Of a stretch of DNA of 64,000 bases, positions 53,311-64,000 are shown one piece after another. How positions within the stretch are numbered: the stretch's first letter is position 1; each line of letters starts with the position of its first letter. A program made the translations under genes and the position numbers. The notes beneath the pieces were generated by a model that saw only the letters and a list, made by a program, of their open reading frames with translations, ran no database searches and was not told the DNA's origin. Source of the DNA: Moniliella sp. 'wahieum' (Eukaryota); NCBI GenBank assembly GCA_003971905.1, contig RSEE01000023.1, forward strand, positions 558,001 to 622,000. Reading direction: 5' to 3'.

Positions 53311-54658
53311 ATGGGCTTAGGAGCACGCCTTGCATTTCTGCTAACGCCCATCGTGGCCATCGCGCTTGGAACTGTTGTTTTCAAACTGGACGACAACGAA
53401 TCGGTACGTGCAAAGTGAATCTCACCATCTCACATTCTTGCCATCTCACAAGGCTTGCCGCGCTGACCGCTTCGCTTGCCGCACGTGTTCACAGTTTTGG
53501 TCCAGTCCTTCCCTGGCGTGCGAGCGGGAGAGTACGCAGGCCGTCCAAGCGGTGCAGCGCGTGTTGCTCTCTGCGTCTGAGCACCTCGCTTCCCTCCAGG
53601 AGATGACCGCCCCCCACTTGTCCCTCTCTTCTTTCCAGGCCATCCCGCACAGCCCCGCACTCGCCCGCACCATCACACGTGGTGCGCATCACTTTTGTGC
53701 TACAGGCGAGCTTGCTCCTGCCCGCCGAGCCTTGTTTTCCCTTGGCCTCTCCATTGCCCTTCCCTGGACCTTCCGATTGGGTGAGACGCTCCCCTGGCTC
53801 GCCGAGGTCTATCTCTTCTCCTCTCTGGCCAGCATGGGGATCGGTCTCCCAGCCTTGCTCACGCTTCCTGTGTATGCGCTGCACCTCTATGCTCAGGTCG
53901 GTGCGCGTGTCTCCCCATCCCCGCCCCGCGCGGCCCGGACGACAGTGCCTCTGCTGCTGGTTCCTTTATCCCTTTTTGCTCGTTCTGGTGGAGAAGGATG
54001 TGCTCCCCTGGGTTGCCCTGCCCTCCTGGGTAGCCTTATTTCTCGCGGCTCTGATGTTTGTCACACGCTTGTCGCCCGCCCATCTGCCACGGGATGAGGA
54101 ACAAGCAGCAGAGAAAGTGGCCGAGGCGTATGAGCACCGCTGGGTCGCTTACCGGCGGTCGCGTTGCTGTCCCTCATGCTCTGGGCGTATGGGGTGTACG
54201 GATTGGCACGAGCACCAGAGTACACGCTGCGGGCTGCCCAGACGGCAACGCGCTATCCCTGCGCTGCCAGCAGGTTTGCACTTGCCTTCCTGGGATGTCC
54301 CGTCCCCTGGACCGAGCTTGATACCGCACTGACCATGCACACCGCCGCCCTGCTTCTCTTGCCAGTGGGAGTGCTGGTGCTGGAAACGTTCTCGACCCGT
54401 GCCGAGCCACACGGCCTTCACCCGCTCACCGCCCGCCCGTTCCCAGCGGTCGAGGCGCGTGCGCAGCGGGCGCTTGCCCTCGCTCCAGCCGGTGCTCCGG
54501 CGCTGGAAGCCGGGTTGAGGAGGCCCGCCGTCTCCTTGTTGCTTACGCTAGTGGGAGGGCCTGCTTTCCCCCTCGCTCTCTGGTGGTCCGCGGGGGAAGA
54601 GCGCCAGGGCTGGTTGGCGCGCGTCGCGGCGCGTCAACAAGCCCAACATTTCCTCTAG
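53311..54658 (+). CDS. Hypothetical multi-pass membrane protein
   Basis: MGLGARLAFLLTPIVAIALGTVVF, a GTACGT..CTGAC..CACAG intron (~53405-53494), several hydrophobic segments, and a fungal-type tail LVGGPAFPLALWWSAGEER. Frameshifts. Confidence 0.6.
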
Positions 54659-54979
54659 CACTGTCGTTGGGTTCGATTCTGTCAACGGTGGTTTCTTCAA
54701 ATAGTGGACTGTGTTGGGCAATAATTAAAGAGCATAGACCAGAACGTAGGGCAGTGCTATTCCCGTCTTCCGCCCCCCGCTGGCTTCAAGCTACCTGTCC
54801 GATCTCTCCTGTCTGCTCTGCCTAGGGCATCTTCCAGTCTTTTTCCCAGTCGAGCTCGTGCAACCTACATGCACCAGTTGCAAGTAAGGCCAAAAGGAAA
54901 TGCATCGCGCCCAGTGCGAGAGGTGGTGGCACAGAACATGGTGAGTTTCCCTTGCCTTGGGGGAGGACCTAGGTCGCAT

Positions 54980-55435
54980 TTACTTGAGCACCTTCTTCTT
55001 GCGCAGCTGCGACGAGTGGCCGCACTTGCGCTTGCGGCAGTTGGTTGCACGCGGCGGCAGACGAGCGTAGCACTTGCGGCAAATTTGCTTCTCGACATTC
55101 GTCTTGGACGCAAGCACCTTGAGCGAGGGCTCAATGATACCTCCCAGCAGGCTGAGGAGACATTCGCACGTTAGTTCCCAGTGGCCAGACACGCGACACG
55201 CGACAAAAGATGGACAACGTACCTCAACGACATGTGCAGCGTAGCGTCCTTCTGGATGCCATAGTCGGCAAGGGTGCGGCCGTCGGCCAGCTGCTTGCCC
55301 GCGTAGAGCAGGCGCTGCTCCGAGGCGGGGATGCCCTCACGGGCAAAGTTGAGGGCCTTGACCGACTCGACCGTGGCCTGGGGCCACAGCGTGGGCCAGG
55401 GTGTTGCCCCGGACAGAGTTGACAAAGATTTGCAT
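54980..55435 (-). CDS. RPL40: Ubiquitin-like domain fused to ribosomal protein eL40
   Basis: eL40: [53 protein letters not shown]-terminal 76-aa [15 protein letters not shown]...[43 protein letters not shown]. Coding intron 55222-55152, 5' UTR intron 55556-~55441, one C-run indel at ~55381. Confidence 0.93.
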
Positions 55436-56687
55436 CCCTACTGCGAATGGTGGAGGGGTCAGTGGAAGCCGGAAGGGGGGGCGGTGGATGAACACAACAA
55501 GCGGAGGGAGGGGGAAGGCGCTGGGGGTGGCGCCGTACGCGAACACGGGCACTTACCTTGACTTGCTTGGTGGTGGACAGGCGGCAGTACCACGTCCGGG
55601 CGTCGGAGGGAGGCGAGGCGGGCAGGGGTGCCCACTAGTGCCCTGAGAATTTGCGAAACTGGCCAGGTGCTGAAGGGGTAGAGCTGTGAGTGGCCTGGTG
55701 CGGGCGTGAGTTTATTGCGCCGGGCCAGCCCTAGCCTGCGCTAGCACTGCGCGCGGCGGCGGTAGGGTCTGGCTGGCTGGGCGGAGCGGCGCAGTTGAAA
55801 GTTGCAGGGGATGGACGGCTGGTTTTGAAATGTGGAGGCGGGGCGCGGGGTCGGACGATGGCATGGATGACCTGCATGACACGGCCTGAGCGCTGGGCGG
55901 CAGAGCAGTGTGCGATTGAAAGCAAAGCTGAGCACTCGAATGCTTAACCCCGCTGGGGCAGCCGGAGAGACCAGGGTGACGAGGGTGACTAGGGTGACTA
56001 CGGGGCAGCACTGGGCAGCAGCCAGCACTCCCCCGAGAGTGGATACCGAGGACAGAGTGAGTTACCACTGTCATCGATCATCGATCACTTGTCCTCTTCC
56101 TCAGGCCGCGCTGGCCACACCACCGCCTCCTGGATGGGCTGCGGGAGGCCATGGCTGTACGCAGCGCCATTGGTGTGGTGGCCTCGGCGAGGCGGAAGCT
56201 GCCCGGCGCGACGAGCAGAGGAGGACAAGGCAAATGAAGCCAAGCAACAAGGGCCGCCAGGGGCCTATATTGTTGCAGATGCACATGGCAGCGCCCACAG
56301 AGGCGTACGCAGACAATGCCCGCGACGAGGCTCATCCATCTCATCATCCGTGGGGGAAGGTGGGCTGATATGCTGCCTGTGGCGCTGGCTGCTGCTCCAG
56401 CGTCTACCCGACTACGGACGGCTATCGACTGTCGGCTACCCCGGATGTGAAAGGGCGGGGCGGCACGGGGCTGGTGTGGGGTTAGGTGGCCGGCATCTGA
56501 ATCCGGCGGCGGTGGGGCGCACGGCCACACTCGCGGCGGGGTGTGCGGGGCAGGTTATTAGGCTCTATTGGCGATTGGTCAGCTCTTATAAAGCAGCACT
56601 GCTGCTTGCGCCCCGCAGCACCCGCCTCCTCTCCTCTCACACCCCCTGCCCCACCCTTGCCACCCCCCGCCTCCACCCCCCATCGCC

Positions 56688-58340
56688 ATGTCCGTCAAAA
56701 CCTTTTCCCGCGACGAGGTCGCCAAGCACAACACCCCAGGCGACACATGGATCGTGATTGATGCGACCGTGTACGATGTGAGCAAGTTTGCTGCCATGCA
56801 TCCGGGCGGCGAGGCGGTCCTACGACCCCGAGGTTGCTGGCGGCGATGCGACCGAGGCGTTTTATGGCCTGCACCGCGCCGACATTTTGAACAAGACCAT
56901 GGCCAAGCGCCTGGTCGTGGGGCAGATTGAAGGGGAGGAGCCCGAGGTACGCACCAAGGCAGTCGGTGCGCCTTCGCCTGTCCCTTTTGCCGAGCCCACC
57001 TGGCTGCACCCAGTGTTCAAGTCGCCGTACTACAAGGACTCGCACCGGCGTTTGCAGCGCGAGTTCCGCGCGTATGTCGAGGAGCACGTTATTGCCGTTG
57101 CGCGCGAGTGTGAGGCCAACGGCAAGCGTCCTCCGCTCGACTTGGTCAAGGATATGGGTGCCAAGCAGATCAATGCGATGCGCATGGGGCCTGGCAAGGT
57201 GCTCAAGGGCCGCAAACTGTTTGCCGATGTCAAGCCCGAGGAATTTGACTATTTCCACGAAATGATCTTGACCCAGGAACTGTCGCGGTCGGGAGTGCGT
57301 GGCTGGATGGATGGCCTGCAGGCCGGTATGGTCATTGGCCTCCCGCCCATTATCAACTTTGGCACCCCCGAGCTGCAGAAAGAGATTATCGAGCCCGTTC
57401 TCGCTGGCGAAAAGTTCATCTCGCTTGCTGTCACTGAGGCCTTTGCCGGGTCGGACGTCATGTCTATCCGTACCACTGCCCAAAAACAGAAGGACGGGTC
57501 GTACATTGTTAACGGGACCAAGAAGGTACGTTGTGTTGTTGCTAACCAAGCCCCGCCCCTCACCCTCTCGTGACGAGGACATACAAGACGCTGACATATG
57601 GGATGGTTTTTTTGCAGTGGATCACGAACGGTGTCTTCTCTGATTACTTCACGACGCTGGTTAAGCTCTTGGACGAAGAAGGCGAGGAGGGAGGGTTTGC
57701 AGTGCTGTGTATTCCGCGTGTGGAAGGGGTGGAGACAAAGCAGATCAAGACCCAGTACTCGACCACTGCTGGCACAGCCTTTATTACGTTTGACAATGTG
57801 CGCGTGCCGTCCAAGTACTTGGTGGGCGAAGAGGGGATGGGGATCATGGTCATCCTCTCCAACTTTAACCATGAGCGATGGGTGATGTGCTGCGGCACGA
57901 TCCGTGGCGCCCGCCTGATGCTAGAGGAGTGCATTACGTGGACCAGCCAGCGCAAGGCATTTGGCAAGCCGCTGACGTCGCAGGCGGTGGTGCGGCAAAA
58001 GCTGGGCCAGATGATGAGCGAGTGCGAGGCGGGGCAAGCTTGGCTCGAGGCTGTCACGTTCCAGATGAACCAGATGAGCTACAAGGAGCAGGCCAAGTAC
58101 CTGGCTGGCCACATGGCTTTGCTCAAGAGCTGGTCCACTGAGATCTCGACCAAGACGGCGAACGAGGCGATCAACTTGTTTGGTGGACGTGGCCTGACCA
58201 AGACTGGGCTCGGCGCCCTGGTTTCGGCGGCCCAGATGGGAACCAAGTTTGACGCCATCCTGGGTGGCACGGAAGACATTCTGCGTGACCTCGGTGTCCG
58301 GCAGGCACTGCGCTTTATGCCCAAGACGCACAAGATGTGA
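56688..58340 (+). CDS. Cytochrome b5 domain-acyl-CoA dehydrogenase
   Basis: b5: EVAKHNTPGDTWIVIDATVYDVSKFAAMHPGG..GGDATEAFYGLH. ACAD: SLAVTEAFAGSDV, YIVNGTKK|WITNG (intron ~57526-57617), QRKAFGKPL, FGGRGLT, ILGGTEDIL. TATAAA at 56587. Confidence 0.93.
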
Positions 58341-58701
58341 GAAGATGCACACTGTTCTTGCCGTTCAGGGTGAACATGTGACATGTGAACTCACACTATG
58401 GCGAACTTGCAAACTTGATGTTGATTGTCGACGACTGAATATTGATTGACCTACGCTTACACCACTTCGTGGCTCCGCTCCACTCACGCCGTTCTTTGCG
58501 GGACTCGTTCAGCTTTTATTTGTCAGACTCTGTCATCTTGGCTGTGCTCAGCCATGATTCTGTCTCCATAGCACGCCTCCCTATTCCCATTATTACCTCA
58601 ATGCAGACGAAAAAGGGTGGAGGGGGGCTGGCGGGAAGAATGATAGATTTGAACGAAAGGGGGGGGTACAACGAAGGGTACGACGAAAGTGGAACGTAAA
58701 C

Positions 58702-61382
58702 CTATCCCTGCAGCGCTCGCAGGAAGGAAGATTTGCGGGATGATTTGGCCTTGGTTTTGGGCTTGGCTTGCCCACCTCCGGCCAGACGGGAAGCAGGAAT
58801 AACACGCTTTTGCGACGAGGCGGCCACAGTGGCGGGAGCGGGTCCCGGCCGCCTCGGTGTCAGAGCCCGAGCTCGAGTCGGAATCGGAATCGGAATCGGA
58901 ATCTGAATCCGAGTCAGAACCCGAGGAGCCGGAGCCCGAGTCGGAACCGGATGTAGACGAGCCCGAAGGTGTAGGCGTAGGGCCCGACCGGGCTGCGATA
59001 CGCTCCGTCCCACGGGCCGGCGACGACGGAACGTATCTGCGTTCATCTCGCTGAGGCGCGTGTGGCCCGACAGCCGTGGCTTGGGCCGCTCGGGCTGCGA
59101 CAGACGCCCTTTGAGCGGCACCTTGGCTTCCGGCGTGGGCGTGAAATGCTCAACCACCGTCCCATCCCCGGGAGTGGGCGTGGGGCCACGAGGGTGGGCA
59201 TCAGCACCCCCAGCGGGCGTGGAGGGCGCCTCGGCCCCGCCCCCAATCGAAAGCGAGGGTGAGCGGAGCACCATCTGGTTTGAGGGAGGAGGGCGCGAGG
59301 GCGATCGAGAGCCATGGCTTGAACCAGAGTCCGAGTTGAGTCCGAGCCAGAGCCAGAGCCAGAGCCAGAATCCGAATCAGAATCCGAATCAGAATCTGAG
59401 CCCGAGTTGGAGCCTGAGTCCGAGCCCGAGCCCGAGCTGAGCGAGAGCGAGAGCGAGAGCCAGCGGAACTTGACCGACTTCCACTCCGACTGGACCTAGA
59501 CAGACGAGCGAGCGAGAGCTTCCAGACGAGCTGGCGGGCGACCCAGAGCGAGAGCGGGAACCAGAGCGGGAACGGGAACCAGAGCTCGATCGGCTGGAGC
59601 GAGAGCTGTGGGAAGAAGAGGGTGAAGGAGAACGGGGGTGTACAGGTGAACGAGCTGGGCTGCGTCCCCTTTCTTTCTGGGCCGACGGAGGGGTGAACTG
59701 TTCCTCGTCGCTCTCGAGGCCCTCTTGGGCCTTGGCCAGGGCTGCCAGATCTTCGTCCTCCTCCTCACCTTGGTCGGGCGTGGCCTGGGCTAGCGCGGCG
59801 TAGTCAGGTGTGGGAGAGGGGCGGAGGGATTCTTGTGTTTCCGGAATAGGCGTGGGAGCGACCTGAACAGGTGTAGGTTCGCGCACTGGCTCAGTTTCAG
59901 GCTCGGGCTCGGGGTTTTCGGGTTCGGGTTCGGGTTCGGGTTCGGGTTCGGGTCGGGTTCGGGTTCGGGCTCGGGCTCGGGTTCTGGATTAGGTACAGCA
60001 TTTCGCTTGCGCGCCCGGGGCGTAGGCGGCTCAATCTGATCAACTAATGCTTGAGTGGAATCGGGAAGGACGTCTCCTTGCGTCTTCTCGATGGGTTCAA
60101 TCGGATCCTCCTCCACCTGTGGTGCCTCTTTTGCGTTTTTGGCAGTGCGACCCGGGTAGCTGCGGCGCGCTTACTGCCTTTTTTGGGGGTGGCAGCCGAC
60201 GCCGTGACGCTGGCGCCTGGGGGCTCTCAGGAGCGGGTGAACCTGCTGGGGACTTGGATGATGCCGATGGGGGGGGACTTTGCGCTGTGCCATTTCCCAC
60301 AGCAGGCGTGGAATGGATTGATTGGGCTGCTCCGCCTCTGGCCAAGGGGCAGCAGATCAGCCCTTGGCGGACGGTATGCGCCCACCAGGGCCTGGGCGCG
60401 TTGCACCGCGGCGCGTCACGCTTACCCAACGTCTTGTGGCACGCGACATACGCCACTGCCGTCGAGGAAGGCATGGAGCACATTCTGTTCCGGCGTAACG
60501 CGCCGCATTGTCCTCATGGCCGCACTGCGATTTTTATCCAATGTCTCTTTGATGGCCCTCGTCTGCCTGGGGCGGGGTCGGCTCAAGGGGGGAAGAGGGA
60601 CTAGGTTGGCAGGTGCGGCAAGGGTGCTGGGTCATTGGGCTGGTGCGTCAGGGGGCGCAATGCTCTCTTGGTCCTTGGAAGGAGGGGGCTGATGTTCCGG
60701 GGATGGCTCCCTGGCTCATCGGTGGTGGCCGAGGGGAGCACCTCGGGCGCGGGGATCGGCGTCGGGATCGCGCAGCAGCCGGACGGGGGGACGGAGGGCC
60801 GTCATCGAGCGGGACGAGGCTGACGTTCAAATCGATAAACTCGGGGCGGAAGTGCTCGACGGTGGCAGCATAGGCATCGGCATCCTCGGCATCGCCATGG
60901 TCACCGCTGGGCCAGAGGCGGGCAGACTATAGGAGAGATGGTACGGCAGCGGGCCCAGGCGGGAGGCCAGCGCGGCATGGATCTGGGCCACGGAGCGCGC
61001 GTCAGAGAGAATGCGGGCAAAAGAAAAGCCAGGCACGGCATCGGTCGTAAGAGGCAGACTGGCAGAGACGACGAAGCGGACGATGGCGCGAACGGGGGCG
61101 CCCGCGAGAGGTGTTTGGCGCCGGCTGCTGTCGCCGTCGAAGCGGAGGGGTTTGGAGCTGGGCCCAGTGCTGGCGGGTGGCCTCAATGCGAGAGCGCTTG
61201 CTGGGAGGGGGCTCGGGGGTGGGGGTGGTGGCGGCGGTGGCGGTAGCGGCGCTGCCGGCGCTGTCGGTGCTGTCGGCGATGCGCTTGCGCTTGAGGTGTG
61301 GGCATGGGCCGGTGCTTGCGGAGAGGTGGTGGTGCGGCTGGGCAGAATTTGGGCAAAATCCACTGCCCAAAAAACCTGGCAT
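58702..61382 (-). CDS. Hypothetical low-complexity (Ser/Pro/acidic repeat) protein
   Basis: Consecutive minus-strand ORFs: a globular-looking N-terminal part (VRAIVRFVV..FSFARIL..YHLSY..EFIDLNVSLVP), a GTAAGC intron (~60426-60341), and EP/DS/RS hexamer repeats, ending KSSRKSSFLRALQG*. No family recognised. Confidence 0.55.
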
Positions 61383-61517
61383 CCGATCGGTGCAACCGGC
61401 CCGAGCGCTGAGGCTCAGCCCACAGCCTGAGGTAAGCAGTCGCTCGTTCCGGCTGCGGGCAAGAAGAAGACGGGGCTCCGCTCGCTGCTCGCTAGCCCCC
61501 ACGCCCGCCAGCTCACC

Positions 61518-63088
61518 ATGCGAGCGGCCACACGCGTGCCCGCCGCGCCCGCGCTCGCCCTCCGCCGCAGCATCAGCTCGGCCGCCGTGGCCCGGGCGCC
61601 GGCGCACGCCACCAACACCCCGGAGCCTCCCGCCCCCGAACGCCCCGCCTGGGAGACCAACAGCGCTGCCTATCTCGCCCGTCCGCTCCCCTCGCTCCGC
61701 GAGCTGCGCGCAACCCCCCTGACCGAGACGCCCTCCAAGGCCGTCCTCAGCAACCTCGAGCCTGCCTTCACAGCCGAGCCCGGCCCCTTCTTTGACCAGC
61801 ATATGACGTTTGTTGGTGGCCGCCCTCGCCCGGGTATGACCACGTTCTACATGCGCGACCCGTACTTTGAGGGCGCCATGATCCGCACCGGCAATCTGCT
61901 CGAAGAGACGCAACGCCGTCTCGAGCTGCGTGGAATTTTGCGCGCACGCGAGCTTCCGCCCCCGCCTGAAGAAAAGTATCGTCACAACACCCACTGGGTC
62001 AATGTGGAGCTCGCCAGTGCCCGTTTGGCCGGAGCCAAACCAGGTCACGAAGATCTATCGGAAAAAAACTACGTCACCTTGCGGCGCTTCCAGTTTGTTG
62101 AACTGCTGGATCGGCTCAAGGAAATTGCTCGCTACCTGCCCTACATTGCGCCTGGTGGGGTGCTTTCTGGATTGCCACCACCCTTTGGGACGGAGCCCCA
62201 CCCGTCGATTATCGGCCAGGAGGCCGCGTCGGACCGCGAGATTGCGCTGGCCAAGCAGCTGAACGAGGAGCTGGACAACTTTGCTGCTCCAACAACGGCA
62301 ATGGGCCAGGCCCGCAAGGCTCGGTTCAACATTGCGCTCAATGCACCCTCGGACCCGGACGTGGAGGTAGTACGCAACCAGCCCAACCCAGGCGCCATTC
62401 TGCAGGCCCGTCGGCCCGAGGACCGGTTCGCCAAGATGTGGACCATGGACGTCTCGGGCCGTATCCACAGTTCGGGGGCACGCAGAAGCCAAGGCGTCTG
62501 TGGGATCGTGCCATCGCGCACACGGAATGCGCCGGGGCAAAATGGCTTGGCGGTTGAGGATGGCAGCCGACCAGTGAGGGTGGGGGAAGCTGTTCTGAAG
62601 GCCCACGGGGGGCAGCACAACAAAAAGTCGATTCGTTCAATCCCTTACCTCCTGAGCACATGCTTCGCACGGTGCCCCAGGGCGTGGGCTCGATCCTGGT
62701 CAATGGTGAGCAATTGGGTCGGTACTTTAGTAACTACAAGGACACAGCCTATGTTCAGCGCGCGTTCAACGTCTTGGGTCTCGCAGGTGCTTTCATGTCT
62801 ATGCTCTGGTTCCGGTTCCGGTGGCATGACCGGTCAGGCGGTGCGATTGCCCATGGTCTTGCTAAGGCCCTCGTTGGCGCTGCCCAGGTTGGTTGGATCA
62901 CGTCCAAGTCTGCCCCCCGGAATTGCTACCACAGCAGACCAACAGGCCAAGGCCCAAGCTGAGTTGGCAGCGAAGATTCTGCTGTTCTGCGTAAGGATGG
63001 GGGTGCTGCGTCGCGACCCCGCATGCCCGAGCGGAAGAAGACGGGCAAGCCCGGTGCTCGTGCCTCCCATACCTGGGTCAAGCGTTGA
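61518..63088 (+). CDS. MRPS9: Mitochondrial small-subunit ribosomal protein uS9m
   Basis: Presequence MRAATRVPAAPALALRRSISS. C-terminal uS9 domain across frames: GSILVNG..YF, GGMTGQ.GAIAHGLAKAL, GVLRRDP.MPERKKTGKPGARASHTWVKR*. Confidence 0.9.
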
Positions 63089-63179
63089 GGGTCACCAGGT
63101 GTCCATATGGAGAGAATTTACCATCCATAAGTCCCTGGTATGCTATGTAGTGGTGGAAAAGCGCGCCATCGGATCCATT

Positions 63180-64000
63180 TCATCAGTGTGACTGTACTCG
63201 GGTGGTACTCTTGCTTGCCCTCGTCCGGTCGCGGTTGTCGATTGTGGTACTCGACAAAGGACTTTTCCCAGGCATGTAGTCGTGCCAATACTTGTCGATC
63301 GTTTGCTCTTCCTCTGATATTTTTTCGCCGGTTCAGAGTGGGTTGGGGTGGGCTCAGCCTGAGAGGGTGGCGCAACGACTGATCCTCCCCCGCGACAGCA
63401 GCAGTGGCGGCGGAAGAAGGGCCGGGCACTACAGCGGGGGAAGAGGAGCTCCACCAGCATGTCCATACCCTGCGTCGGCCGAGGGAGTACCGCCCTCATA
63501 GAAAGCCTTAGTCTTAGCATACTCTTCCCTTACCACTTCCATCAAATCCTCGGCCAACTCTTTGGCCTCTTGAACTCGGCCCGGATCAGGACCACAATGT
63601 GAATGTGCATCGGTTCATCTGCTTCCATGCCCGTGCTGTACTCGGTGTACCCTGACCCGCGCCCCTTGATCTGGACCCGGGTGCCAGTCTCTTCCTGGAT
63701 GTACTTGACAAACATGCCCCCAGGTCCGACGACCTTGGAACGGACATTGAACCAGCGCTTGTGCGACTCAATATCGATGGCAACCTTGGCCTCGGGGCGA
63801 CGTCCGGGGCGCGGAGCCTCCATCCGTTCAGGCACCTTGTTCATCAGCGTCCGCACGGCCTCCACCCCGCGTCGCACCTCTCCGGCGTCTTGGCTGTGAT
63901 CTCGAGACAGAGAGGGGGCTCGCCCCCCGGAGGCGCAGCGGAGCGGGACGGGTACCAAACGCCTTTGATTAGTACTGCGCCCGTGTCGCGGTGGATCTCG
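63180..64000 (-). CDS. KH-domain RNA-binding protein (KHDC4/BLOM7-like); 5' part outside the window
   Basis: FNVRSKVVGPGGMFVKYIQEETGTRVQIKGRGSGYTEYSTGMEADEPMHIHI, a KHDC4-type KH2 domain. Stop position uncertain. Confidence 0.8.

Noticed and set aside
59900..59985. (GGGTTC)n / (GGGCTC)n tract resembling a telomeric repeat
   Set aside because: It lies within a minus-strand coding region and encodes EP/NP dipeptide repeats; similar hexamer tracts occur at 58870-58950 and 59330-59470.

Overview
GC-rich eukaryotic DNA from a basidiomycete fungus, probably an intron-poor Ustilaginomycotina-like yeast. This is inferred from short GTRNGT...CTRAC...YAG introns, intron-containing tRNAs and basidiomycete-type proteins. 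Almost every conserved gene carries 1-2 nt indels in homopolymer or dinucleotide runs, which points to an unpolished long-read assembly, so gene models were stitched by eye across frames. Recognisable genes: two divergent RlpA/expansin-like (DPBB) secreted paralogues, EGD1, TIM11, a 2xRRM protein, SLM1-like, ATP2, a GH105-like hydrolase, mitochondrial RRF1, cytosolic ProRS, tRNA-Met, casein kinase I, a group III HAMP histidine kinase, tRNA-Phe, GCP4, an Rcf2/3-like protein, a small orphan secreted protein, a membrane protein, a ubiquitin-like-eL40 fusion, a cytochrome b5-acyl-CoA dehydrogenase, MRPS9 and a KH protein. A gene-poor block (~39-53 kb) holds degenerate tyrosine-recombinase element remnants and a young 1.5-kb LTR element with a 5-bp TSD. 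Two observations stand out. (1) Intergenic DNA is full of tandem 7-bp odd palindromes of the form xy-T-N-A-y'x' with many different xy, a symmetry-defined rather than sequence-defined repeat class that suggests an undescribed templated-duplication or footprint process. (2) The ubiquitin fused to eL40 is only ~53% identical to ubiquitin and ends ...SLSLLGG (R72 and R74 lost), making it a FUBI-like leader.
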